DNA from: a virus
Length of the DNA stretch: 53,537 nt
Virus record (IMG/VR): IMGVR_UViG_3300025304_000001
Coordinates: 1-53,537 of that record
Reading direction: 5' to 3' (one strand)
Shown here piece after piece: positions 25,740-35,151 of this stretch (position 1 is the first letter of the stretch; every line of letters begins with the position of its first letter). The position numbers were made by a program, and so were the translations under genes. The notes under the pieces are model-generated. The model saw only the letters and a list, made by a program, of their open reading frames with translations, made no database searches and was not told where the DNA came from.

Positions 25740-26119
25740 TCTTCGCCAAGCTCCAAAACAAGACGGCTGTCGCCGCGATCATCGACGCGCAGCACTTCGA
25801 AACGAGGTTTTCCGCGCCGCGTGAGCGCGCGAATACGATCGCCCTTTTTGAACGCCGGCCCTTCGTAGTGAGCCACATCGATGTGAAGCTCCGCCTTGCC
25901 GGCTGCTATCTTGGAGCGCCAGGCACGCGAGGTGCCCGGCGCTGCGCTGGTTTCTTTTCCGCCGCCAACCCTCAAAACCGAAGCGATCTCAAGTGAAGGC
26001 CGAGCGGGATCGACCTTGCCGTCAAGCATGAAGATCAACTTCACCTGCTCAGCAAATCGCCAATCGACGTCCTCGACCACACGGTCGCGCATCCCTTGAA
26101 GGCTCGTGGCGATGGGCAT
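25736..26119 (-). CDS. Putative head-tail joining protein (lambda FII-like position)
   Basis: A 127-aa protein. Its position after the capsid genes and its C-terminal GDRIRAL...FEVLRVDDRGDSRLVLEL pattern support the call. Confidence 0.4.
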   Translation of the reverse strand: MPIATSLQGMRDRVVEDVDWRFAEQVKLIFMLDGKVDPARPSLEIASVLRVGGGKETSAAPGTSRAWRSKIAAGKAELHIDVAHYEGPAFKKGDRIRALTRRGKPRFEVLRVDDRGDSRLVLELGEE

Positions 26120-26325
26120 CAGTTCGCGCCGGCGGCTTCGATGGCCGAGATGATGTCAGCCTTCGTTTTCGAGGGATCGAGGTCGAGACCGCGTTCCTTT
26201 GCGAGCACGAGAAGCTCATCTTTGGACTTCCGATCGAGCTTAACTTCGTCGGTCTCGTAACTCGCACCCGGCTTTAAGAACTGGCCATTGTAGAAGCCAG
26301 CTTCGGTAACAGTCTTGCGGGACAT
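26119..26325 (-). CDS. Small protein with a HeH/Rho-N-like motif
   Basis: The segment KSKDELLVLAKERGLDLDPSKTKADIISAIEAA resembles a HeH motif. The gene follows the capsid gene. Confidence 0.5.
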   Translation of the reverse strand: MSRKTVTEAGFYNGQFLKPGASYETDEVKLDRKSKDELLVLAKERGLDLDPSKTKADIISAIEAAGAN

Positions 26326-26358
26326 TAGTGATGTTCCTTATTGCTGGCGTGAGCTGGA

Positions 26359-27387
26359 TTACTGCGACTTCGCGCGCAACAGCATTTCGGGGCGCGTGCA
26401 GATGAACAGCGGATAGCTGTACAATTCGACGCGATCCCACTCATCGCGGCCGGAGGTATCGGAGAGCACGAGCCCGTAGAATTCCTGCCCGCGCTTGTTC
26501 AGATACGGCTTGAACTCGCTGGCAGGCGCCCATCCGACCTGAAAGGCCCCACGCACGCCAATCGGGAAGAAGCGAGCCTTCTGGCTGCCGATCGCAATGG
26601 TCGTGCCGTCATCAGTGCCCTGATGGTTGATGAACGTAATGCCTTCGATTTCGATCGAGGAATATCCCTCGATGTTTTCAAGCACCGGGGCACGGTCCGT
26701 TCCGATCTTCGTTTCCTTGATCTGCGGGTGATTGACCAGGGAGTCGAAGAACTCATCGCCGACGAGAGCGCCGACCCGAGCATTCGGCGACCAGACACCC
26801 TTGGCGGCCTTTTTCATGGCACGCTTGACGTCGCGGCATTTCTTGCGGACGTCGGTCGTTTCGACGTTCAGGGCGAAGTTGATCTCGGTCGGTTCCGCGA
26901 TCCCCCAGAAACTATACCAGTCGACAAGCACCGTGGTGCCATCGGCATCCATCACCTTCCCCTGAATAGCGCCAAAGCGCATGTTCTCCCAGGTAAGCTC
27001 CAAGTCATCCTTGATATCACCGGTACGGCTGGTGACCTCGTCGGCGACTTCGATGGTCTGCTCGTCGAACGGGAGTGCCAAGACGCCAGCCAGCTCGATC
27101 GCGTAGATGGTGGAACCCTTCGCCAAGCGGACGGCTTCCATCGTACGAACCTTGGCGCCCTTCGGGATCAGCTCTTCGGGAGGCGCACCGTTCGGCGACG
27201 TCGGGATGAGTGTGCGCGAGCCGTTCCGATCGACGATCGCGATCGTGCGAGAACGCGAATAGATGGGCGCGAACAGACCGAGCGTGCCGAGGAGCTGAGG
27301 CTTGAAGTCGACGCGCTCGACAATCTCCTCCTGCACTTCGATCACGCCCCATGCGTTCTGATTGAAAATATCTGCAACAATTGCCAT
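26359..27387 (-). CDS. Major capsid protein (lambda gpE family)
   Basis: The protein is 342 aa with N-terminal IFNQNAWGVIEV...FKPQLLGTLGLF. The gene follows the gpD-like gene. Confidence 0.85.
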   Translation of the reverse strand: MAIVADIFNQNAWGVIEVQEEIVERVDFKPQLLGTLGLFAPIYSRSRTIAIVDRNGSRTLIPTSPNGAPPEELIPKGAKVRTMEAVRLAKGSTIYAIELAGVLALPFDEQTIEVADEVTSRTGDIKDDLELTWENMRFGAIQGKVMDADGTTVLVDWYSFWGIAEPTEINFALNVETTDVRKKCRDVKRAMKKAAKGVWSPNARVGALVGDEFFDSLVNHPQIKETKIGTDRAPVLENIEGYSSIEIEGITFINHQGTDDGTTIAIGSQKARFFPIGVRGAFQVGWAPASEFKPYLNKRGQEFYGLVLSDTSGRDEWDRVELYSYPLFICTRPEMLLRAKSQ

Positions 27388-27399
27388 CGAGGTGCGCTC

Positions 27400-27771
27400 C
27401 TAGCGGGCTGCAATGCCAAGCGCTGCCAACTGGGCGAGCGCGGCTGTTTTCTGGGTGTCGTTGACGCCGGCCGCCCAAACCAGGACGGCGGCTTGAACTT
27501 CGGCGTCGCGGGCGGTGACGGTGCGACGAACATCGGCGGAAGTGGCGTCGCAGGCCTCGAAGAGGATAGCGGCGGCGTTCTGGGAGCCGTCGGACGCTCC
27601 GGGCGCGAACGGAACCAGCTTCTTCGTCGCCGTGATGCGGCCAAGAACGGCGCCGGCGTCGACTTTGCCGGAACCGGAGGCGATGATCCCCACATCACGC
27701 GATCGGAAACCGCTGGCCTCCGACACGAGATAGTGGGCGGTAGGGCGGAGGCCCTGAGTGAGCGTAACCAT
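27400..27771 (-). CDS. Head decoration protein (lambda gpD-like)
   Basis: The protein is 123 aa with the segment YLVSEASGFRSRDVGIIASGSGKVDAGAVLG. Confidence 0.75.
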   Translation of the reverse strand: MVTLTQGLRPTAHYLVSEASGFRSRDVGIIASGSGKVDAGAVLGRITATKKLVPFAPGASDGSQNAAAILFEACDATSADVRRTVTARDAEVQAAVLVWAAGVNDTQKTAALAQLAALGIAAR

Positions 27772-27786
27772 GTGAGCGGTCTCCTG

Positions 27787-28824
27787 TTAGCGGCGCTTGT
27801 TGGTGCGGTCGACGGAAGCCGAAAGGACGGAACGGTCGCCCTTCTGGGTACCGCCGTCAGCCGTGTTCAGGCCGGACGCGTTCATGCGACGCGGGCGCCA
27901 TTCACCGGTCTGCGCCTCGGCTACAGCCTTGGGGGAAACCGCAAGGGTTGCCTTCGCCTGGTCGACGGAATTGCCGAGGGTGAAGAGATGATCGGCCAGG
28001 GCTTCGCGTCCCTTGGCTTCTTCCAGACCCATGATTGCTTCCCGGCGTTCGCGGTCGGCTTTCAGGGCCGCCTCGATACCGCCGCTCGCCTTTTCCAGAT
28101 CAGCTTTCAGCTTGGCATTTTCGGCGGCAAGCTGATCCGCACGTTCCTTATCCGTCATGGAGGTCTCCTCAATTGGACGGGGTTGCGCGGCCGGCGCCGC
28201 CATGGTCGCGGGAAGCGACCAGTTCTTGTTTTTCGCCATTGTCGTCAGATGCTTGGGTGCATGGGCGAAGAGGCGATAATCAAAGGCCGCCACCGGTTTG
28301 GCCTTCATCTCAGTGGTTGCGTCGGCAAAGCCTTCTTTCACCGCCTCTTCCGGGGTGAACCATCGCTCGGCCTTCATGATCTCGCGGCATTCTTCCGGTG
28401 TCTTTCCGGACTTGGCCGAGTAGACACGGGAATATGCCGTTGCGAGGGCTTCCAGCGCCTCGATCGTTTTGCTGTGATCGGAGGAATTGCCGAAGGTGTA
28501 CCCGGCCGGGTCATGAATCATCATTACGGCGCCGGCCGACATAGTGACCGTTTCGCCGGCCATCGCGATCAGCGACGCGGCCGACGCGGCGATACCCTCG
28601 ACGACGACGTTCGTCTGGCCTGCGCGCGCGATGAGGATTGCGTGGATCGCCGCACCCTCGGAGGCTACGCCGCCGCCCGAATTGATAAAGACATCGAGCG
28701 GATCAGTGTCCTCGATGCCTGCGAGCGCGAGCACTACATCCTGCGAGGTAAAGCCATCCTCGAAATAATAGTCGCCGACATAGCCGGTCAGCCGGAGCTT
28801 CCCGTCTTCAATAATTGCAGCCAT
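27787..28824 (-). CDS. S49/ClpP-type prohead protease with a C-terminal scaffold-like coiled coil
   Basis: Motifs seen: FINSGGGVASEG and GIAASAASLIAMAG. The C-terminal region is Ala/Glu/Lys-rich. GAGG lies 9 nt before the ATG at 28824. Confidence 0.85.
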   Translation of the reverse strand: MAAIIEDGKLRLTGYVGDYYFEDGFTSQDVVLALAGIEDTDPLDVFINSGGGVASEGAAIHAILIARAGQTNVVVEGIAASAASLIAMAGETVTMSAGAVMMIHDPAGYTFGNSSDHSKTIEALEALATAYSRVYSAKSGKTPEECREIMKAERWFTPEEAVKEGFADATTEMKAKPVAAFDYRLFAHAPKHLTTMAKNKNWSLPATMAAPAAQPRPIEETSMTDKERADQLAAENAKLKADLEKASGGIEAALKADRERREAIMGLEEAKGREALADHLFTLGNSVDQAKATLAVSPKAVAEAQTGEWRPRRMNASGLNTADGGTQKGDRSVLSASVDRTNKRR

Positions 28825-28834
28825 GTTGTGAACC

Positions 28835-29092
28835 TCAGTAGGGGCGCATCCGGCCCGACATTGCGTAGCGGGTCCGCCTCGGGGTCTCGCCACGCGAGAT
28901 TTGGCACTTGCGAATTGCTTCATCGAGTGCCGTTTTTACGTCGGCGAGGCTGGCGTTTGCGTACCGCGCCATATCCTCGCCAAAGCGTGCTTCAGTAACC
29001 ATTTCGCCCATCAACAAGGCTTCTTCGACCTTGCGGAGCTTCGCGGCCCGCGAACACCAGTCGATGGCAATTGGATCAACTTCGTCTGCCAT
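28835..29092 (-). CDS. gpW-like head-tail joining protein
   Basis: The protein is 85 aa. The pattern AAKLRKVEEALLMGEMVTEARFGEDMARYANASLADVKTALDEAI..RRTRY resembles lambda gpW. ATGA overlap with the portal stop. Confidence 0.5.
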   Translation of the reverse strand: MADEVDPIAIDWCSRAAKLRKVEEALLMGEMVTEARFGEDMARYANASLADVKTALDEAIRKCQISRGETPRRTRYAMSGRMRPY

Positions 29093-30771
29093 CACGCGGC
29101 TTCCTTCGCTGGTTCGCGGTTGCCGTCCATGGCGCCCCCTTGTGGGCCGGCACCACCCTGCGATCGCCCAAAGGGATGAGGAACGCCGGCGGCATCGAAG
29201 GCCTTCTTTTCGCGCGCGAGCTGAACGATCTGTTCTTGACCGTTCTTTCCGCGTTTCGCGCAAATGTCTGCGAAAGACGACACGCCGATCTCCATTTCGA
29301 TCTTGTCCGCCATGACAGCTTTATAGTTGTCGGCCGAGGGTGCGCCCGGTCCGTGCCATTCAGCCTGAAACAAGGCTTCGCGATTGCGTCGAAAGGCCTC
29401 CCTGCCGCCTTTCAATTGAATGCGGCCGGTCTCGATCATTTCCTCCAACCAGCGCTCATAGATGGCCTGCAGGAACGGAATTACGATGCGAGTGCGGCGG
29501 CGCATGACGATCGGCCAGATAGTCGCCACCGACATGAGGACCGATGAGTAAGTCGCGTTAGAATGATCCATTGACAACGATTCGAACGTGACGCCGAGGC
29601 ACCGAGCGATTTCGCGCAACAGGTTTTGGAAGAACGCGATGTAGTCATTGCTCGGCGTTGTCGTGGTGTGAAGCTGAAGTTCTTCACCCGGCCCGAGATG
29701 GCTGATCCGAGCAGGGTCGGACATCGAGATGCCCTTATCTTTCAGTGCGCCGAGGCGCATATCCCAGACTTCGAGCAAATCCTGCTGGAGGCCGCCGATA
29801 AATTCTGTCCAAGTGCCATCGCTCTCGTCAAAGCCCTCTGGCCGGTCGATTTCGCTGAGCGTCTGCAACGCCTGGAAGGCTTGATCGCTTTGTTCAGGGC
29901 TTTTGATCGTCGCGGCGAAAACCGTTTGCAACAATGTCTTCGCGAGCGTCGCATCCGCCAACTGGTCCGATTGCGCCAGCACCTTCAAGGCCGGCGCGAC
30001 TTCCGAGATCCCGCGAGAGCTGTTCAGGTTGGCGCCGCGATCCATCACATGGATGACGTCGGCGGCGTCGATATCGCGCTCGCGCTCCATCCCGCTTTCC
30101 CGCACGCGGAATTTATAGGCAATCGGGCGATTGTTGGCATCATGATAGATGCCCTGCTCAAGTCCTTCTACCTCGCGTGTAACACGCGGGCAGCGATGGG
30201 ACGCGATCAACGAAACCTTTGTCGCGGTCTCGATGCCGTAACGCCGCCGATCAGCAGGCTCCATGTGATCGAGGATGCCGAATGCTTCGCCGGACGCGAG
30301 ATAACTACGAAGCGCCGCGTCGGCCATTTCTGCGATTGTGGACTTGCCGGCGAGGTCGCATTCCTTGGGGTTCCACGCGTACCGGCGCCATTCTTCCTCG
30401 ACGAGGCGGCACCACTCTGCTGCGTCTTCCTCCTCGTAACCGAGCTTCTTCAGCTTGGCGCGGCAATTGAGCTTCAGCTCATCCCCGATCGTATCGCAGA
30501 GGATCTGCGTAACAGCGCCGGCGATCCAGCCACTGTTATGCATGAAGTCCACTGCGAGGGCAGCAGCCCGTTCTGCCGCCTCCCGGACGTCGTGGCGTGC
30601 GTCGCGGGTAATGGCTTTGCGCATCCCCAGCACGCCCGACCGGTCGCCCCGTAGGTAGCGAGCCACAGGGCGACGTGGGGGTGGCGTCTGCATGGGTGCA
30701 GACGCCACTTTCTGCGACTTGGCTTTTACGCGAATACGCGGCTTTGCTTCGATCACGAGTATGACTTCCAC
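29092..30771 (-). CDS. Portal protein (lambda gpB family)
   Basis: The protein is 559 aa and the gene follows the GpA-type terminase gene. An alternative start lies at 30693. Confidence 0.85.
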   Translation of the reverse strand: MEVILVIEAKPRIRVKAKSQKVASAPMQTPPPRRPVARYLRGDRSGVLGMRKAITRDARHDVREAAERAAALAVDFMHNSGWIAGAVTQILCDTIGDELKLNCRAKLKKLGYEEEDAAEWCRLVEEEWRRYAWNPKECDLAGKSTIAEMADAALRSYLASGEAFGILDHMEPADRRRYGIETATKVSLIASHRCPRVTREVEGLEQGIYHDANNRPIAYKFRVRESGMERERDIDAADVIHVMDRGANLNSSRGISEVAPALKVLAQSDQLADATLAKTLLQTVFAATIKSPEQSDQAFQALQTLSEIDRPEGFDESDGTWTEFIGGLQQDLLEVWDMRLGALKDKGISMSDPARISHLGPGEELQLHTTTTPSNDYIAFFQNLLREIARCLGVTFESLSMDHSNATYSSVLMSVATIWPIVMRRRTRIVIPFLQAIYERWLEEMIETGRIQLKGGREAFRRNREALFQAEWHGPGAPSADNYKAVMADKIEMEIGVSSFADICAKRGKNGQEQIVQLAREKKAFDAAGVPHPFGRSQGGAGPQGGAMDGNREPAKEAA

Positions 30772-32879
30772 TTGTTGCGCGGTGGCCGGGGCTTGCCCGT
30801 CGCCGTCGCGGCCTGCGCTGGTTTAGGCTTAGGTTTCACGAACGGGTTTTGGTCTGCAGTTTCGAACAGGTCTTTAGGATCCTCGTGATCGCCGTGAAGC
30901 TCCTGCACCAGGTCGGCCCAGCGATCGAGCGTCAAACGCCGCTTCGTCTGCAAGTGCCAAGCAAGCGCAAAGGCGTAGACCGTGGCGTCAAACCAGTCGT
31001 TCATTCGACCGACGATTTTTTTCCATTCCCGGCCGGCCTTGGGCTTGATCAGGCGGCGGGCGCGGCGACTGACACTCGACCGTGCTTCTTCTTCAGCATC
31101 GACCAGCCGTTCGGCGGTCAATTCTTTCGCAAAATCGGCGTCGCATAGGTCAGAGCCGAAATGGATGGTGTTGCGCGGCCACTGACCAAGTTCGGACCTG
31201 CCTTGCACCAGATTTGCAAGCGCGGCGGTGACGGCCGTTTTCACGTCGTATAGGCCGACCGGATACAGAAGGACCTTCGAGATGACCCGCTTTCGTTGAT
31301 CCTTGATGTCCTTCTTGACCGGGGTTCCAAGCCACGGGAGGCCGATGGGCTCCCGGCCGTCAAGCGCATACACATTCGGCCGACCGGCGCAGAAGCGGTA
31401 AACCCGGTCCGTAGCCCAACCAGAGTCCACACCGTTGAGGTCGATGCCCTTTTCCCTCGTGCCATTCTCGATCGGATACGTCCGGGCCTGAGCGTCGGAC
31501 AACTTGATCCACGGCTCGTCTGATTGGTCCGGAGCACCCTCGAAGATTTCACGATCAATCAGTTGGATCTGGTCGCGGGCGCCAAGTGCGTAGGCAACCC
31601 ATTTGATGCCGTAACCCTGTACGTCGGCCGCCGAGACCACAAGCGCCGCCCATGCCGGAATGATGCGGGAAGGTAGAAGTTCGGCCTTCGCCGCGTCTAC
31701 GATCTTCTCCCATTCAACGGTGACGCCACCGGGATCATAAGGCTCCGCCAGATCCTGCTGGCAGAAGGTGCGCATTTTTGTGGTGTCACCTTCGGCATCG
31801 AGCCAACGGTTCCAGATCTCAGACCACTTTTCGCGGGGAGCATATGCTGCCCATAAATGATAACTTGGCTGCCAGTCCCGGCATCTTCCCTCGCACGGCG
31901 GACACGCCCACGCGTCGATTTCCACCGACGGTATTGCCATGGGTACAGAGACCGCGAATTCAGCGACACGGCGAGCAATCCACCGACCCCTTTCCATCAT
32001 TTCCCGCTTATGTCCGTCGAGAATGACCTCGTCGCAACTCAGGCACCGCATATGGACGGGTAGATCCTTCTCGGGATCTGGACCGCGCATCATGTCGAAG
32101 CTAAGCGCCTGAAACGTCGCGCAATGCGGGCAGGGAAGATAGAAATAGCGCTGATCGCCAGCTTCGAAATCATCGCTGATCGTACATTCACCAGCGACAC
32201 CAGGGGTCGATCCCTGCCATTCCTTGGCGAGATCGCCATACATTTTCTGTCGCGCACGCGCTTGGTCTCGCGGACTGCCGCGACCGTCGACATCTTTCGG
32301 GTAGCCGGTCGTTTCATCCATCGCGAGATACTTGATCGAGACCATCTGCAGACCCTTGGAAGAACCCGCATTCACGATCTGACAAAAGCCGCCGGCATAT
32401 CTTTTGAACGACGTGGTGCTACCCTGTTCGTCGCGGCTGCTCACCGGCATCACCTTATGCGCAATCCGCTTCGACGCCTCTATGGTCGGCTGAAGCTTCA
32501 CGCGGTTGAACTTGGTCGCCTCCTCGATCGAGGGCAGGACGATCATCATGGAGCCCGGCGCCTGGTCGACAATGAAGCAGAACCAGTTCTCGATCGCGGT
32601 CGACTTCCCGAGCTGCGCCGCCCATCGCGCGGTAACGCGTCGGGCCGGATGGTCAGGATGCAAGCAATCTTGCGGCTCGCGCAGATACGGAACGCGGTCG
32701 GTGCGAAAGTCCCCCGGCCAGGGCGAGCCGGACTCGGCGGATACTTTTCGGTATCGGTCGGCATGTTCGCTGATCGTGAGATCTTCGGTCGGCCGGCTCG
32801 CGGCCTCCATACCGCGATAGATGGCGATCGCACCGTTAGGGAGCTGCGGAAACCGCGCTCTGATATCGTGGACGGTCAT
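30753..32879 (-). CDS. Terminase large subunit (lambda GpA family)
   Basis: Walker A motif (AAQLGKST) and a CPHC...C..C zinc motif, in a 708-aa protein. Confidence 0.9.
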   Translation of the reverse strand: MTVHDIRARFPQLPNGAIAIYRGMEAASRPTEDLTISEHADRYRKVSAESGSPWPGDFRTDRVPYLREPQDCLHPDHPARRVTARWAAQLGKSTAIENWFCFIVDQAPGSMMIVLPSIEEATKFNRVKLQPTIEASKRIAHKVMPVSSRDEQGSTTSFKRYAGGFCQIVNAGSSKGLQMVSIKYLAMDETTGYPKDVDGRGSPRDQARARQKMYGDLAKEWQGSTPGVAGECTISDDFEAGDQRYFYLPCPHCATFQALSFDMMRGPDPEKDLPVHMRCLSCDEVILDGHKREMMERGRWIARRVAEFAVSVPMAIPSVEIDAWACPPCEGRCRDWQPSYHLWAAYAPREKWSEIWNRWLDAEGDTTKMRTFCQQDLAEPYDPGGVTVEWEKIVDAAKAELLPSRIIPAWAALVVSAADVQGYGIKWVAYALGARDQIQLIDREIFEGAPDQSDEPWIKLSDAQARTYPIENGTREKGIDLNGVDSGWATDRVYRFCAGRPNVYALDGREPIGLPWLGTPVKKDIKDQRKRVISKVLLYPVGLYDVKTAVTAALANLVQGRSELGQWPRNTIHFGSDLCDADFAKELTAERLVDAEEEARSSVSRRARRLIKPKAGREWKKIVGRMNDWFDATVYAFALAWHLQTKRRLTLDRWADLVQELHGDHEDPKDLFETADQNPFVKPKPKPAQAATATGKPRPPRNKWKSYS

Positions 32880-33499
32880 TGAAGTGACTGTGTTTGTTCC
32901 GAATAAGCCATGTCGTTGTCACCGGCATCTTCGCGACGCCGCATGGCATCGAGTTTTTCAAGGATCTGGCGGTTAAAGACGGCGAGGCCCGTCTTCGAAA
33001 AATTCTTCAAGGCAAGGCGAACAACGCGCTCTTCCCAACCGTATTTGAGAGACAGAGTGCTGGCCTCGGTCTCGATCGCGCGCTCAAATGCGCTCTGCAT
33101 CATCGCTACGGCATCACGCCCGGCTTGGTCGACCTCTGCATAGGGCGTCAGTTCCTTGCGCCGTTCGGCAAGATCCATCTCTCGCAGCTCTGCGTCGGCT
33201 TGTGCTTTTCGCGCGGCACCGTCGGACTGCGTTCTTGTCGGAAGGGTACCGCCAGCGGAAGTCGTTGGGCGAGGCGGGGTGGATGCTGGAGAGATCGGCA
33301 GAGGGCGAATTCGGATATTTTCGCCTCGGTGCGCAACCAGAGCACCGTATTCGACAAGGCTGGAGCGGCCATCGGGCTTCAGTGGCAACGCCTCCGAGTG
33401 CTGCTTCAGATATCGGGAGAGCGAAGAGCGATCGATGCGGTCACCCGCTTCAGTCAGCCTAGCCGCCGCATCCGTGATCGAAATCCATTCCTCATCCAT
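32876..33499 (-). CDS. Terminase small subunit
   Basis: The start at MDEEWISITDAAARL gives an N-terminal HTH. ATGA coupling to terL. The gene lies next to the candidate cos region. Confidence 0.65.
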   Translation of the reverse strand: MDEEWISITDAAARLTEAGDRIDRSSLSRYLKQHSEALPLKPDGRSSLVEYGALVAHRGENIRIRPLPISPASTPPRPTTSAGGTLPTRTQSDGAARKAQADAELREMDLAERRKELTPYAEVDQAGRDAVAMMQSAFERAIETEASTLSLKYGWEERVVRLALKNFSKTGLAVFNRQILEKLDAMRRREDAGDNDMAYSEQTQSLQ

Positions 33500-33518
33500 C
33501 GTGCGCCGTCCCGTGCAA

Positions 33519-33670
33519 ACACGTGTGCTTACACGTGTATTCGTGTACCGCCTGCGAAGTATCGCACTGGTGAAATCCCGCAGTCGCGCGCTTCCGTATG
33601 TTCGTTTTTTTGCGAAAACGGTCCCTAAATGGGGGGGGGGGTGGGTCGGGTCGGGCACCCGCGCCACCCC
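33519..33670. other. Candidate cos region (cosB-like repeats plus a dyad/homopolymer core)
   Basis: Two ACACGTGT palindromes lie at 33519-33526 and 33531-33538. A G11 run lies at 33631-33641. GGGGTGG at 33638-33644 pairs with CCACCCC at 33664-33670. The region lies upstream of terS, as cos does in lambda. Confidence 0.4.
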
Positions 33671-33698
33671 TGATCCACTGCGCCCAGCGCCTTGCCGA

Positions 33699-34271
33699 TC
33701 AGGGCAAAAGCTTCGCAAGCGCGCCGTCAATCCGTTCCTGAAGCATCGGCCCGGCTATGCGATCGAACGCCGCTTTCGTAGCGCCCTTAGTCATTTCGAC
33801 AGGGATGACAACGCCGGACCGGGCGAAGGTGATGCGGCTACCAGACCGATTAAGTCGATAGAACGCGTGACCGTCGAACCGCGCTACCTCTTTGCGGTCG
33901 GGGAAACGCCCGCCACGCATGAAGGCTCCGGGATAGAGCGTAGACTTCCCGAACGGGCGAGCCACCACGCCGGCTTCGGTCTCTTTCGGGTTGAGGTACT
34001 TGAGGCGGATATTCCCGCCTCGCGTCACCATCTCGTAAGACAGACGCCCCGGTCTCGCCCGCGTCGGATCGCCGACTGCTTTCACGATGGTCTTGCGCGG
34101 CAGGCCGGTCTGTTGTGTCAGGTTTCGAATTACCTGCGTCTTTGCCCGATTGCCGACCTGGTTGACGATGCGCGGGAGAACGTTCGGGAAGCGCTCGTTC
34201 AAGACCAGGACCCGCTTGCGATATTGCTTCAGAACATCGTCAGCCCATCGGACATCGACAAGACGCGCCAT
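33699..34271 (-). CDS. Minor tail protein Z (lambda gpZ)-like protein
   Basis: GAGGG lies 8 nt before the ATG at 34271. The layout is gpZ-like (NQVGNRAKTQVIRNLTQQTGLPRKTI...GAFMRGG...IPVEM...). Confidence 0.4.
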   Translation of the reverse strand: MARLVDVRWADDVLKQYRKRVLVLNERFPNVLPRIVNQVGNRAKTQVIRNLTQQTGLPRKTIVKAVGDPTRARPGRLSYEMVTRGGNIRLKYLNPKETEAGVVARPFGKSTLYPGAFMRGGRFPDRKEVARFDGHAFYRLNRSGSRITFARSGVVIPVEMTKGATKAAFDRIAGPMLQERIDGALAKLLP

Positions 34272-34354
34272 TGCCAGCCCTCGACAGATACGAAAAAAGG
34301 CGACCCGATTGGATCGCCTTGAAGTCATAGCTCACGCTCAGATCTTGAATCGAA

Positions 34355-34368
34355 GTCTCAGGTGAGAC
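34355..34368. promoter_or_regulatory. Palindrome GTCTCA-GG-TGAGAC next to a TTGACG hexamer on the minus strand. Candidate late regulatory site.
   Basis: Read directly from the sequence in the 157-bp gap between the NusG-like and gpZ-like genes. Confidence 0.25.
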
Positions 34369-34485
34369 CGTCAAGACTGGGTTGCGGGGGCCTGTTCCCT
34401 TGACCTTGATGGAGGTCGGTTCTGCCAGCGTCCAGCGCTGACATCGGAGGGTGGCACATCCACAGTGGCCGTTGACGAATGACTC

Positions 34486-35151
34486 TCATAGCTTTTCGAG
34501 AAACGCAATGGGCATGTTGTCGACGACGACAAAATTTCCCTCGACCTCTACGCGTACCTTGCCCCTCGGCTCCCGCTTCCATTTCACGCTCATGACGACG
34601 CATTCGAACCCCGAGAACGGCCCGTCCTTCACGCGGCATCTCGATGCCTGTCCGATCGTCCTGTCGACTGGCAAATCGGCGATAACGGGAGCGGAAATAG
34701 GCTTAAAAACAACGACATGCGCATCCGGTATGATGTGGTAGCCGTTCGCCCCGCCCACAAAACCGGATATGTTCTTCTGTTTTCTAACCCCCGCGAACGC
34801 CTCGGCCGAGGGCACAAGGCGCACCAGGAGATATCCCGGAAAGAACGCCCGAAAGCATTCGATCTTCTTCCCGCGCCTGATCTTTTCGACGGTTTCACGC
34901 GGCGCCAGAACTTGAACACCGCAATCGGTTAGAAGCTTTTCCACAGTGAAATCGTGTCCGTGAGCCACCTTCAGGCAGAACCACCGCGCATCTTTCGCCC
35001 GTGATTCGGTGATTTCGATCGAAGCCGCGCGCAGTTCGGCGCGGGCGAGCCGAAGCACTCGTCCTTCGCGGACCTTCCGGCGCTGCTCGATCTCGTCGAG
35101 CGCGACCTGATCATTGTCGATACGAGCAGTAGCCCGTTTACCCCCTGTCAT
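34486..35151 (-). CDS. NusG/RfaH-like transcription antitermination factor (NGN + KOW domains)
   Basis: NGN domain: RWFCLKVAHGHDFTVEKLL...FFPGYLLVRL. KOW domain: RVKDGPFSGFECVVMSV. The start overlaps the 3' end of the O-like gene by 14 nt. Confidence 0.75.
   Translation of the reverse strand: MTGGKRATARIDNDQVALDEIEQRRKVREGRVLRLARAELRAASIEITESRAKDARWFCLKVAHGHDFTVEKLLTDCGVQVLAPRETVEKIRRGKKIECFRAFFPGYLLVRLVPSAEAFAGVRKQKNISGFVGGANGYHIIPDAHVVVFKPISAPVIADLPVDRTIGQASRCRVKDGPFSGFECVVMSVKWKREPRGKVRVEVEGNFVVVDNMPIAFLEKL

Noticed and set aside
26623-28998. A 791-aa plus-strand ORF, the longest in its region
   Set aside because: It runs antisense through the capsid, decoration and protease genes, which have clear family signatures. 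Its product is Arg/Gly/Asp/Leu-rich low-complexity sequence, typical of mirror-frame ORFs in high-GC DNA.
33631-33641. The G11 homopolymer as a phase-variation switch within a coding sequence
   Set aside because: It lies in the non-coding gap between the gpZ-like stop (33699) and the terS start (33499). The only ORF crossing it is the implausible N-terminal extension of terS.
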